DNA of 64,000 nucleotides from Balanoglossus misakiensis (lineage: Eukaryota > Animalia > Hemichordata). The number at the start of each line of letters is the position of its first letter. The stretch's first letter is position 1. Position numbers and translations under genes: made by a program. This document shows positions 52,981 through 64,000 of this stretch, in pieces. The notes under the pieces were generated by a model, which saw nothing but the letters and a program-made list of their open reading frames with translations, had not been told where the DNA came from and made no database searches. The stretch covers positions 8,479,413-8,543,412 of the forward strand of contig CM082581.2 in the NCBI GenBank assembly GCA_040954595.2. The letters run 5' to 3'.

Positions 52981-53392
52981 CGAATACCCATCTGGTACGT
53001 CCTTGCATCTGCAAAAAAAAATGTAAAAATGAATGCCTGTAATATCCATGGACATGAAACAAAGCTTGACCACAAGTGTTGTTTGGTTAAACCGACAGCT
53101 TCTGGACATTGTGAACAAACACACCCCTGCCATGTATTGTCTCCGTCATTGCTTCAATTTTCTTTCCCACAATTCTTACCTTCCCACAACCATGCAGTAA
53201 TCTCTGGACATCAATCACACAGGCTGGCAATCATCTGAGCATCATCTGTGGGATCCCTGGAAAAAAATAAAAAGTATGTAAATGGAATGTCTCCTACAAA
53301 GATGGCGAACAGGTGTGTGCCATAACAAAATGGCCACCTCTTGCATCGAGCAGTCGGTCTGTTTTAAAACATTGACTTGGCATCCACATATA

Positions 53393-53835
53393 GTATGCTG
53401 CCCTTACCGCAACCAGCTATACTGCTGCATGGCGAAAATAACTAGTCACTTAGGCCCCAGCTTGGTTGATGAATACCATTATCAGTTGATCTCGTCTCTG
53501 GATCTGCAAAACAAGCAAATGAAGTGAATGTCTAATATTCTGTAAAATCAGTTTGCTTGACTGGGTAACGGCACCAGTCTGAATCGAAAAAAAAAATCAA
53601 AATGGCCACCATGAAAAGAGGGGCTTTGATGTGTATATCGCTTGTCAAACCTTGTTTGAAACCTCTGGTCTTCGTTCAGCCATTGAATATGCTGCCCTTA
53701 CCGCAACCAGCTATACTGCTGCATGGCGAAAATAACTAGTCACTTAGGCCCCAGCTTGGTTGATGAATACCATAATCAGTTGATCTCGTCTCTGGATCTG
53801 CAAAATAAGCAAATGAAGTCAATGTCTGTAAATAT
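53393..53835. repeat. Direct duplication of a ~140-bp block (about 53393-53535 and 53688-53835) containing a 96-nt exon-like unit with both splice sites
   Basis: tatgctgcccttaccgcaaccagc...ctctggatctgcaaaa..agcaaatgaagt is repeated nearly identically. Confidence 0.9.
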
Positions 53836-54124
53836 TCATGATCGTTCAGCAATGGAACCTTCCTGCCCTTTTCTCACCCTTTTCTGTACCGTTGCATGGC
53901 GAAAAAAAATCTGGTCTCTGCATCTGCAAAACAAGCAAACAAAGGGAAGTGAATGTCTTTCAATTTTAGAGCCACGCTGAAAAAATTCAACTATAACAAA
54001 AAGTCTTGCTTTGCCCCATTGAAGTGAATCCACCCACCTCATTTAAATACATGCGATTTGCCGCCACCTGTCAAGCAAACGTGAAAATGAAAAACAAAAA
54101 CGAATGCTAGGTTGTACTAGTATA

Positions 54125-54825
54125 TTTTTTATTGAATAATGACGAAAGATAACATATCTAAAAAAACTGTATTAACTATATACGCTAGGGGAAGATGATC
54201 GGTACGGAAATAAACCACTCCAAGTATTATGAGTGCGTGTATGTTTTTATTTTATTTTTATTGAATAATGACGAAAGATAACATATCTAAGTAAAACTGT
54301 GTTAACTATATACGTGAGGGGGAAGATGATCGGTACGGAAATAACCACTCCAAGTATTATGAGTGCGTGTATGTTTTTATGTTATTTTTATTGACTAATG
54401 ACGAAAGATAACATATCTAAAACACCTGTATTAACTATATACGTGAGGGGGAAGATGATCGGTACGGAAATAAACCACTCCAAGTATTACGAGTGCGTGT
54501 ATGATTTTATTTTATTTTTATTGAATAATGACGAAAGATAACATATCTAAAAAACCTGTATTAACTATATACGCTAGGGAAAGATGATCGGTACGGAAAT
54601 AAACCACTCCAAGTTTTATGAGTGCGTGCATGTTTTTATTTTATTTTTATTGAATAATGACGAAAGATAACATATCTAAAAAACCTGTATTAACTATATA
54701 CGCTAGGGGAAGATGATCGGTACGGAAATAAACCACTCCAAGTATTATGAGTGCGTGTATGTTCTTATTTTATTTTTATTGAATAATGACGAAAGATAAC
54801 ATGTCTCAAAAAACCTGTATTAATT
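54125..54825. repeat. Minisatellite, ~129-130 bp unit, ~5.4 copies
   Basis: ATTGAATAATGACGAAAGATAACAT (one copy with a substitution) recurs at ~54131, 54260, 54390, 54520, 54649 and 54778. Confidence 0.95.
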
Positions 54826-57155
54826 ATATTAAACCAACAGTCTAAGGGATGGGACCCACCCGCACCGGGGATTTTATTTATGTCTATATAACTTACTTGT
54901 TACGAAACTTCATCCACTGGTCTTCATTCAGCCATGGAACATACAAACGCTCACCTCATTGTAGTCTAGCTGCATGGCCCAAATATACCGTACAACTTAC
55001 CGTACAACTCATGCACACACACATTCACAACAACGAGCACCTTTCGAATCATTCGCAAAGCCGATGAACTTGTTGGTGCCGTAACAAAAATGACCCATGC
55101 ACCGAGCATGTAGTCCTGTTGGTTTTAGAACGTTGAAATGACATCCACACATAGCATCCGCATTGTTGCATTCTTCAGATTTGTGCATCTCCGGTTCGCT
55201 GAACTGGCTACCGGCACCAGTCAGAATCGTTAAAAGTTCTTAAAAAATTGCCAAAAAAACTTGGCTGATACCGCTTACTCTGACATCATGCTTGTACAAC
55301 ATCATAGCATCCACGCCGAATGTACAGCACCAGTTCATCAGGGCCGTCGATCTGCAAAATCAGGAAGAAACTAATTGAATGTCTATCCATGAACACAAAA
55401 CCAAATATCGTTGTTCATTCGCATATTGTACATCACACACGACGACAATTTGTTTTAGGGCTTCGCTGACAGACAAGGAGCCTAAAACGCCAGCATGGCA
55501 CTATGTACATTTACATATTTTCAAGTTTAGGCCTACAGCCAAGCGGAACATTTTAAATTCAGAAAAAAAATCTTTTGGCAAAGACTGCACGGACACATAA
55601 AATAATTGTTCCCAATGAAGCGTTTCAAAGGAAATTTTTGCAATTGTCTGGTAGTATAATACAAAATTGCATACGCTCACACTCGAAAACACGCTGACTA
55701 CACGTGAACACGCTGTCAGTTCAACGAACCCGCTACCAATTCCTCGTAGCCCCCTTTTTCCCTTTCCTGAAAAACTACCTTGTTTTTCATGTAAAAAAAA
55801 CCTGCCGCCCACCAGTCAGTGGAGCTATAACATCAACTTGTCTTAATTTGATAAAATGTACGTCTCAAGTTGAGTAACGTTTACGCGAAAGGGTCGAATT
55901 TGTGAATTAAAACGCAGGGAAGCGCTGACTCGAGCTGTCTGACTGACGTATCAAAATTTTCAATTCTGTGGTGTAAACGTCTGACTTTTAGTTGTCCGTA
56001 ACTCGCGACAGAATAACCCATGTTTCTGTTCAAAAATTGAGTAAATGTGTCTACTTCTGTTACTTTACTTACCGCTGTCGTCATGAAAACTATCCAGCGG
56101 AGAAACTCTGTTCTGGGGCCAGAGTTCTCCGCATCTTCTCGTAGTCCGTGCAGCAGCATGGCCGTCTGACTCTCTAATGAAAATGCACGGAAGGCTAGAC
56201 GGAAATTTCCAAGTGGAAGTGGGCCACAGGTGGCTCCAACCAATCAGCGTCTCAAGTCACGTCACCTGACCCGCATCAACAAGTACTGACACAGTTACAT
56301 AACTGTTGAAATTTCGGATATTTTTAGCCGTAGTTTGCCAGACATTTTGAACATCAAACGAATCAACATCCGAAAAGAGTTTACCATGCGCTTTCAAATG
56401 TTGGAGTGGGGGAAAATCAACTGAACATCATCGTCACCTGAATATACATTCACAAAAATGCGTTCTAAGATTCTAATCAGCTGTCTTATACTGCTGTATC
56501 AAAACAGAGGCCGTTCGACATCCACAAGCACCCCTGGGCCTACCAGGCCGTGGCAATGACTATGTGCTACTTTGGATTTTATTGGGCTGCAGTGTCCCAG
56601 GCTTTCCGAAATAAAATCTGACAACACTTTATGTTTGATGTTGCGTGACGTTGTGTCTATTTATTTTGAAAGACGCTAGCTCCATTTTTGTGAGCGGTAA
56701 AATGTCCATGTCGTATTTCGATTCACACCAAATCAAGCAAAGGTACAGGCAGCTGTTCATGTTGTGATATGTGTAAACTGTACTCAGATATTCGCTGCTT
56801 CGTGTCAATAACTGCAAAGTTGCTTATATAAATGACATTTGTATTAAACATGCGAAACTACTACACCAAATTTGAAGCCTGCAATTGCTACAGATTTTGT
56901 TCACGCAACAATCCGTCTGTACTACGAAACATTTAGCAGCAGCGTGTTAATTACTCCCCATTAATTTGCATATGTGAAGAGCTTTGGCCATTAGCACTGT
57001 ACATCTTCTTTGATTGCACCAACTTTGCTTCATACGGAGTGACCGTGATTGTTTAAGTCATATTTTATTTGTACTCTGTACTTAGTAATATGCGTTCATG
57101 TTCTGATATGGCGACACAGTTCAATTCTCCGTCTCCGAGGTGTAAAAATGTCTCC

Positions 57156-59398
57156 TCACAACTTCGACGTCGGATGTTTCAGTTTTCCGCGACGCTCCAG
57201 TAAATTTTGGTCATGAAGCGTGGTGAACTCCAGCGCTTCCACGGCTTCTTCGTAAATGGACTCCTTCATTTTTTGCAACGTGGTGCGATCGAATCCATTT
57301 TGTCCTAGAAGATAACAGATACAGGAACAACACATGCAATGAGATGGCAATACGATTAGGCATACATCGTCATCTATGCGCGACGAGTCATTCAGTGTAG
57401 ATGAAATATATAAGCGCTACCATAAAATAGTGCGATTCACTTCAAGCAGTATTTTGTTGGCTAACCATTTCCGTAGTCAAAATTGGTCATGTTCATGACA
57501 TCATATGCGTGTGCTCCGAGTTTTTTGTCATCTATGTATGTTCACACAATAAATAAATACATCACGTGTTCAACCACTGGTTCATTTCAGGCAAATTTTT
57601 ACCTATAGTTTCGGTGGCCAGCTTCTTGGCGAAATCCAAAAGTTCCTCTTGATCTACAACCGCGTCCAGAATACCAGTTGGTAACAGTTCTTCAGAGGTG
57701 TATCTCTTACCAAGCACGGCCAGGTCTCGCGTCAACTTTCCGGCGGGTATTTTATGGCTGGTGGTGACAATGATAAAAACGGTGCACAATCAATTGAACG
57801 GTATGAGAAGGTGGGACAGAGGCACAGGGCGATGAAGGACAGTGACGAAAAATATATCCCAAGCAAAAGTAAATTTGTTTTGTTTCAATTCTGATCGCTG
57901 TATGCTAAAACTGGTCAGCCTCATTACAAAGTCTACAAACACATGAAACAGGCACGGTGATTTACACCTGGTTAATTAGTACCTCAGGAGGACTTTCATT
58001 GGATATTCAAATGGCCTGCTGATATGAACTTCGGGTAAACAGAACCACCCTCGTTTTGTCCTCATCACCCGGAAGTCGTGGCACAGGGCAAGGATGGCAC
58101 CGGCGGCGTAACAGTGTCCTGAGGAGAACAGAAAAGAAAAGTTGGACATTTCTATGGATATGTCAATAAGACCTGTTGTCTGTACACGGAACTGATTATT
58201 TGGTAGCAAATGGGAAACGAAGCGACAGCCAAGAGTAACATAACATGCCCCATCATTCAAGAATTCCCATCCGTTGGCGATGGCAACAGGGCAGTCTACC
58301 TCTACGTGAAACAACTCCATTTTTGCAGTTGCAAAGCTATAGGCCTACTTACCGTTTATTGCTGCGATTGTCGGGACGGGAAAGGTGAGTACACGCTTAC
58401 ACAGTTGATGTATCCGTTTGTGGAAAATCTCCAAGGCGTTTACCTTCTGTTGGCCCAGCCAGTTCAAGTCCATGCCATTGCTGTAAAACTTGCCAGCACC
58501 GACTGTGATCAACGCCTGCACGTTGGCATTCCTGGGGCAAAGAATATGAAAGAAATTACAGAACCCTGCAGACAGACGCAACTGAGATCGTCTTGGTTTG
58601 CCATGCTGGTCCTTTTCTCAGAAGTACGCTTGTAATACATGTAGTGGTAGTAGTGTATACGTATGTGGTGTAGGGTGTCATTGAAAACTTTTGTAGAAAG
58701 CGTTTGCCACGTGCAAGAGATTTACAGTCATACAGTCCGATGAAGGCCTCTTACGAAATTTTCGGAACAGAACTCCGTCGCAAGTTCAGCTTTTGGGAAT
58801 AGCGATTGTGCCCATTGTACAGGGTGTACCCTGGAGGTAGGAAGTATGGGTCAACAAACTTCTGGACCTGTGCTGCTTTCCACGTGACCAGGGCTGTTGT
58901 CACGACTAGGGTCGCACGTACATAAGCTATATATATACAAATACAAATACGAATGCTTCAGTTTTGAAGTATTGCTGAGTTAATACCCACAGTGCTACAG
59001 CTCGAAGTTTTTGCCTTATCTTGGGGTTGGACGACAAAACTATTGTCGCCCAACCCCTAAGCATAGGCAAAAACCCTGAGCTGTTGTGCATACTTCAGCT
59101 CACAGCACATAACAGTGCCGTTGAAGTCGGACACGTTGACCGACTTCAACAGCCCACTAACAGGTGCCCAGCACAGCTGCGTCTCAATAGCCAAGCCGAG
59201 TGTTGTTTGTTGTGTCAGCAATCATGGGAGTAACAAGGTGCAATGTTGTACTTACTCCTGTACTTGATCCAAGGCCCTATGAAGACGTGCTAACGAATCA
59301 TTGTTGAACCTGTTCTCGCCATCGTTCATATAAATAATGGCGAGATTGTCCGTAAATTCAACCCTGCATTTTACGTCCGAAGAACCGGCGTCCGACAT
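57156..59398 (-). CDS. Peroxisomal enoyl-CoA delta-isomerase-like crotonase, tandem copy B, ~253 aa, C-terminal PTS1 -SKL
   Basis: Exons 59398-59256, 58531-58353, 58118-57983, 57757-57603 and 57304-57156. Motifs [16 protein letters not shown] and [40 protein letters not shown]; ends in SKL-stop. Exon sizes match copy A for exons 1-4. Confidence 0.9.
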
Positions 59399-62300
59399 AA
59401 TTGCACATTCGCCAAAGGTTAAAGTACAAAGGCCATTTCTGTTTTGCACAGTAAAATGCATTGTCACACTAAAGACTCCCTCTGACGACGTAAGGGAACA
59501 AATCTTCTGTTTTCACCTAAATTCCAGACTGATTAAGGCTATGACGCGTTTATTATCCCCTTTCCATCAACGTAGTATTTTAGGAAACTTAAAAAAGCAT
59601 AAGCCGTGGACGTTATCTTATGTACAAATGATCAATTAACTTTTCAAAAAATTCAATATTTTAGGTCAGTATAAAAGACTTCATCATTTTGTACATTTCG
59701 TGAATTGTCTTTTAATAATTCCTTTAAATGCTTCGCTACAGTCGTGTTGAGCAAACACAATCATGGAGATAATTCTAGACTATATTTCTGTACCAAACGT
59801 TGCATTGATAATGAGTCAATAAGCCAGAGAAAGCGACAAGTTTGTCTAATATGTTTATTGCTTGTCGGTTTTACAAATCGGACTGTGTGCTTGGCGTCTG
59901 TGTGTATTTTAACGCAGAAATGAAACGGTGCAATTGCCCCTGCTTTTAATGGCTGCTTATTACAATTTATTCTACTGTCTACGTCCGCACGACCTAACAC
60001 GTCAGTTATCACAAGTAGGCGCATATAATTGACAGCCAATATCTTAAATAACATTGAAAAGTAACTATAACCTTACATTCCATCTGCCAGACAATCTACT
60101 TTGCGGATTAACCCCGAGAGAACACTTTTCATACGAGGGTTTTATATCTTAAAAAGATGAAAGCCCTGTCTCTCATTCGCCTATGACATTAATTGCAGAA
60201 CGAAAGGTAATTTTAATTTCGCGCAAAATAGGAAATTCACCTCAAGGGGCGTTGTCAGTGGCAGTTTAGGGAGAATTGCGTACACTGTTACGTGCTTAAT
60301 GAGCTCGCCGGAATGTTGTAAGAGAAATCAGTTCTTTAGTTCCGCAGAATGTTGATGGTGGCAGACATTCAAAAAAAAAAGAATGATCATATATGCCGTC
60401 AAATGTTTCACAAACGAGATGGCTGGTCAGCTATGTACAGCCCCCACCAATGCGAAGATGCCCTCCCCACATGAAGTCGCAAACGAAATAGTGTACGTCA
60501 TCGTAACATTTCCCTCCTTTTAATTATTTGAACATACTGTCACTCATTTCACGAGCCCCCAGACAAGATTGTCATATTACCTCCACCCAGTTTCCCTTAA
60601 TCATAATTGGTTTCAGACAAAACGTAATATCAAGCGAATCAAGGGCTAATTAGAAACGCTGAAGACTGAGCGACGTGACCTTTCCGTCCCCAAATGGTTA
60701 GAAAATATACTCCTGTTTTAGATCTGTTGCGAAATTGACAGTTCGCCGAGATTTCCGTGACGATAGCGGAGGAACTGTGCAACTTCCAACTTCCATCATG
60801 CCACAAAGCACCCGGCACAATTCACGTCAGCCTCCGTATCGCACCCTTAGATATGTTACAATGTTAGTAATATCCTGCCAAAATATCAAGGTTACCCATC
60901 TATGCCCAGTACTTTACAGTTCACATAACAGCTTTCGCGCATCAATAGAGCAACAGTTCACAGACGATTGAATCTGAGTTCTTGTATTAGTTAGGGACAA
61001 TTTATAAAAAATATCTCAAATTACTTATTTATTCTGTAACGGAAGCAGCACGTGCTTTAAAAGTGCGTCGTATAATATCTTTTATTATCGCAAATGCCCT
61101 TTGTATCATTAGACACACATCATGGGTGCACCGTGAGCTAAATATGTTCTTTGGGGTTTTATTCGCTTCAGACATCGCACATAGCTGGCGAATGACAGAA
61201 AACGTATATTTTTGGTCAAAGAATTATTCATCCCTTCCTTCACTACAAAAGAATATCACTTCATCAAGTCTTAACTTTAGTATTTATTGTCCCTGAATCA
61301 GGAACTTTGTTTGGAGTGTTCTCAGACGTAGAGCGACGTCTTCCGAGAAATTTATTAAGCTCAAGCTGTCAGAACATACGATACCCCTATCGAGGTATAA
61401 ATATTTGCAAATGCACTATCATACATGCGACCAAGTGACTTTAATGCACCTTTACGTTGTCATCAAGGCAGAACCGTACAACTACAAATTTCCAAATGCT
61501 CCTAATGGGATTTTTCTCCATTTTACAGAGTGTTTTTCAATTACAAGGTATATCGTGTTTCATTGCCGTCGGGTTAGATCCTCGATTGATAAACTGATAG
61601 AAACCCGACCGTGTCTGTCGGTACTGTTTACCGCGTGCTGGCTCTAAAAGGAAAAACACAATCAAATGCCCTTTCCCAGAAAAAAAGACTATTATCGCCC
61701 TTCTGAGCCGCTTTTCAGCGAGTGCATAAAACCATAGACAGGCTCCACCGCCAACGATAAAACACCGCTTTCACACTCCAACCAGATTATTTTCCTCGAA
61801 TTCCGTGACAGGGTTAATCGAAGAAAATTACAACCAAGTTCACGGCATTTTATCCTAATTGTTCCTTCATTCCGTTTTATGGATGCCGCCGGCCATTTCC
61901 AGGAACCCCAAAGACGGTATCCAGGAACTGAGCAAATAATAACAAAAGTGTATCGTGAAATGGAACCGATAAAGCGAGACATTAGCGGTTGAGTTAGAGC
62001 AGCGTCACTAATTGGGTTGGGGTAACTGTGCGCCAGTTACAAAGTTCTTATATGCTTAGTGCTTTCGATGTTTATCTAAAAAAAAAACTTCGAAAGTTGC
62101 CGTTGCGTTACTGAACACGTTTGACGGCGTATCTGGTTCGTCACTCACGTGGAAAAAGAAACCCAAGTGGAAGAAAATCTCTTGGAATATTCAATCGCCG
62201 AGCTCAAAATGCTCACGGCTCATGCGCATCAATTCACCCATATAAAATTTGGAATAACGAGAGCGGAATGATATTATCTGAAAACTCAAACTGATCGTTG

Positions 62301-63534
62301 AGATTTCGGGAGAAACATATCTCAGGTGGCCATGCATGCAGCAGCCTGCACCATTTTTTGAATATATACGTAGTATTTCTTATCACACAACCACAAAATG
62401 CCACGAAGTATAATTTTGGACAATCACGCTGTTATCTTGAGAGTTTTCTCCCCCACTAACACATGTTTCCTCGTAAACTGAGTACCAGAATAGACAAACT
62501 GAATTATTCAAAATGCGAAATTTGATAAAGATCACCATTTAATGCGCATCGCACCTGAAATGGGTTTTGAAGTTTTCTAAGCAGTAGCTGCGGTTAAGGT
62601 AGAAGTAGGTATTATCGATACCGCGTCGAAGACGGCCATTTCGAAGTGTTTGTCAGTCCTTTTTCAACAACATCAAAAAATCGATTTTGTTCCGTACTGC
62701 GCGGTAAAACATTTTACCTGGTTTGGAGATTAAAGCATGAGTATGACGTCATCGACTCTGCAAGAAGAGAAAACCGACAAAGATTCGCCTACACGGAATC
62801 AGCAGATTGTAGATTAAAGTTCAGACGACGAGCTCGCTGCATGATTGTGTTCTCGGTATTACGTGAGATTGGAGTGTGCTCAAACGGGGGTGCCTTGTAA
62901 ATTACTGGTGCCATAAGTTCTCGGTAATGACAATTTTTCTGACGTCATGTCGGCATTCGTCCCAGTTACAGGAGTTTGTACTTTTAGGCGCTGTTTGTTG
63001 TCTGAAGGGAACACGGGGACTTTTTCTCTTCCCGTCACCGGCTTGTTCCTTGCGCATGCTCACTGAGTGGCAAGACACAACGTTATAACGTGAAACCTAA
63101 ACCACGGATTTTCATACGTATACTGACATGCAACTTGATATCGACGTGGGTCAGATCTTTCAAACCTGAAATCTACACCTAGAAAACGCTTTCAGTGCGT
63201 CTCCATGGATCCTGCACATTAGCACGCTACTAGCTACATCAAAGTATCACTTGTCGAAGTGATATTTGCATAATAAATCAAACACGCTGGCAGTAGAATT
63301 TCACTTACGCATATTTACATTCGGGGCTATAACGTCATAACCCCAAGGCACAAATGATATTTACCAAACTGTTGTATATATAGGGTTGGGGATTGTAGAG
63401 GTTGTGGTCAAACTCTATTTGGAATATCTTTCCCTTCGCACTAAGACTAAGTCATGTAGATTTTCTGCGTAGAACAACCCTTATTGTATATTTAAGAAAC
63501 CACTTTATGCCAGTTTGTGAAATAATGAACTAAA

Positions 63535-63585
63535 CCTCAACTTGTCATGGTAACTGTGGTTACACAGGTGACCGTATACCTTTAA
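63535..63585 (-). mobile_element. Terminus of a second copy of the 19.5-kb TTAA MITE family
   Basis: The reverse complement ttaaaggtatacggtcacctgtgtaaccacagttaccatgacaagttgag aligns with the 19530 sequence aaaggtatatggtcacctatgcaaatatagctacagttaccatggcaaattgag. Confidence 0.6.
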
Positions 63586-64000
63586 GAATGAAAGATATTT
63601 TCTACCTTTCTAATGCGAACCAACATTATGCAAACACATGATTCATGCGCCCAGAATAGTGCCAGGATACCTAAATGCCTGATCAATTCTTCAGAGCAGC
63701 GAAGTTGTCATTCCTCAGGTTTTCGCGTTTGTTATTTCTCATGAGATGCTATTAATGGTTTTGCCTGTCGGAACGTGTTGAATTATTTGCATTCATCGGA
63801 GGCATGTGTTCTATCACCCTGAGTCTGATGGTAATATCTGAACACAATCCAATTGCTTCTTGTTATATGTTAATTTTGAATTTTTTCATTCTTTGTTTTG
63901 AAGGGATATGAAGGTGTAGGTCGAGCTGTGAAATTACAATTTTACTCACTCCATCAATTATTCAGTAATGACCGCGCTGTTATTGCTATCTACAATCGAG

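Larger units (their letters stand above)
52936..56200 (-). ncRNA. Putative spliced long non-coding transcript made of short, partly duplicated exons
   Basis: Minus-strand blocks bounded by canonical acceptors and donors: >=56073 (donor GCG|GTAAGT), 55351-55279, 53923-53878, 53797-53702, 53503-53408, 53256-53180 and 53008-52936. The 96-nt exon has stops in all three frames. The 5' end is approximate and there is no expression evidence. Confidence 0.5.

Noticed and set aside
53409-53430. Partial resemblance to miR-34 (TAGCTGGTTG)
   Set aside because: Only the 3' part matches, the seed differs, and there is no hairpin precursor
54125-54825. CRISPR-like or tandem snoRNA interpretation of the array
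   Set aside because: The units are wholly repeated with no unique spacers, there is no D box, and the context is eukaryotic

Overview
Intron-rich, AT-rich eukaryotic genomic DNA, most likely an invertebrate deuterostome such as a hemichordate (inferred from gene content and style). Seven protein-coding genes were spliced by hand from GT-AG boundaries and frame continuity. They are the 3' part of dynactin p150 (DCTN1, +), a PCED1/FAM113 SGNH-type esterase (-), ADISSP/C20orf27 (+, divergent from PCED1, 13 kb first intron), a type II membrane O-fucosyltransferase-like gene (+), a G-protein gamma subunit (-), and two tandem intact peroxisomal enoyl-CoA delta-isomerase-like crotonase genes (-). 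The main unexplained structures are four. (i) An apparently non-coding, multi-exon minus-strand unit built from duplicated exon modules lies between the two isomerase genes. (ii) One oversized DCTN1 intron hides frame-preserving 51-nt and 21-nt candidate exons with Rbfox/Nova/QKI/SRRM4-type motifs. (iii) ADISSP intron 1 holds candidate hidden exons. (iv) An 88-nt hairpin is present in only one isomerase paralogue. Several MITE-like elements and a ~130-bp minisatellite are also present. Homology calls come from recalled family motifs, not from database searches.
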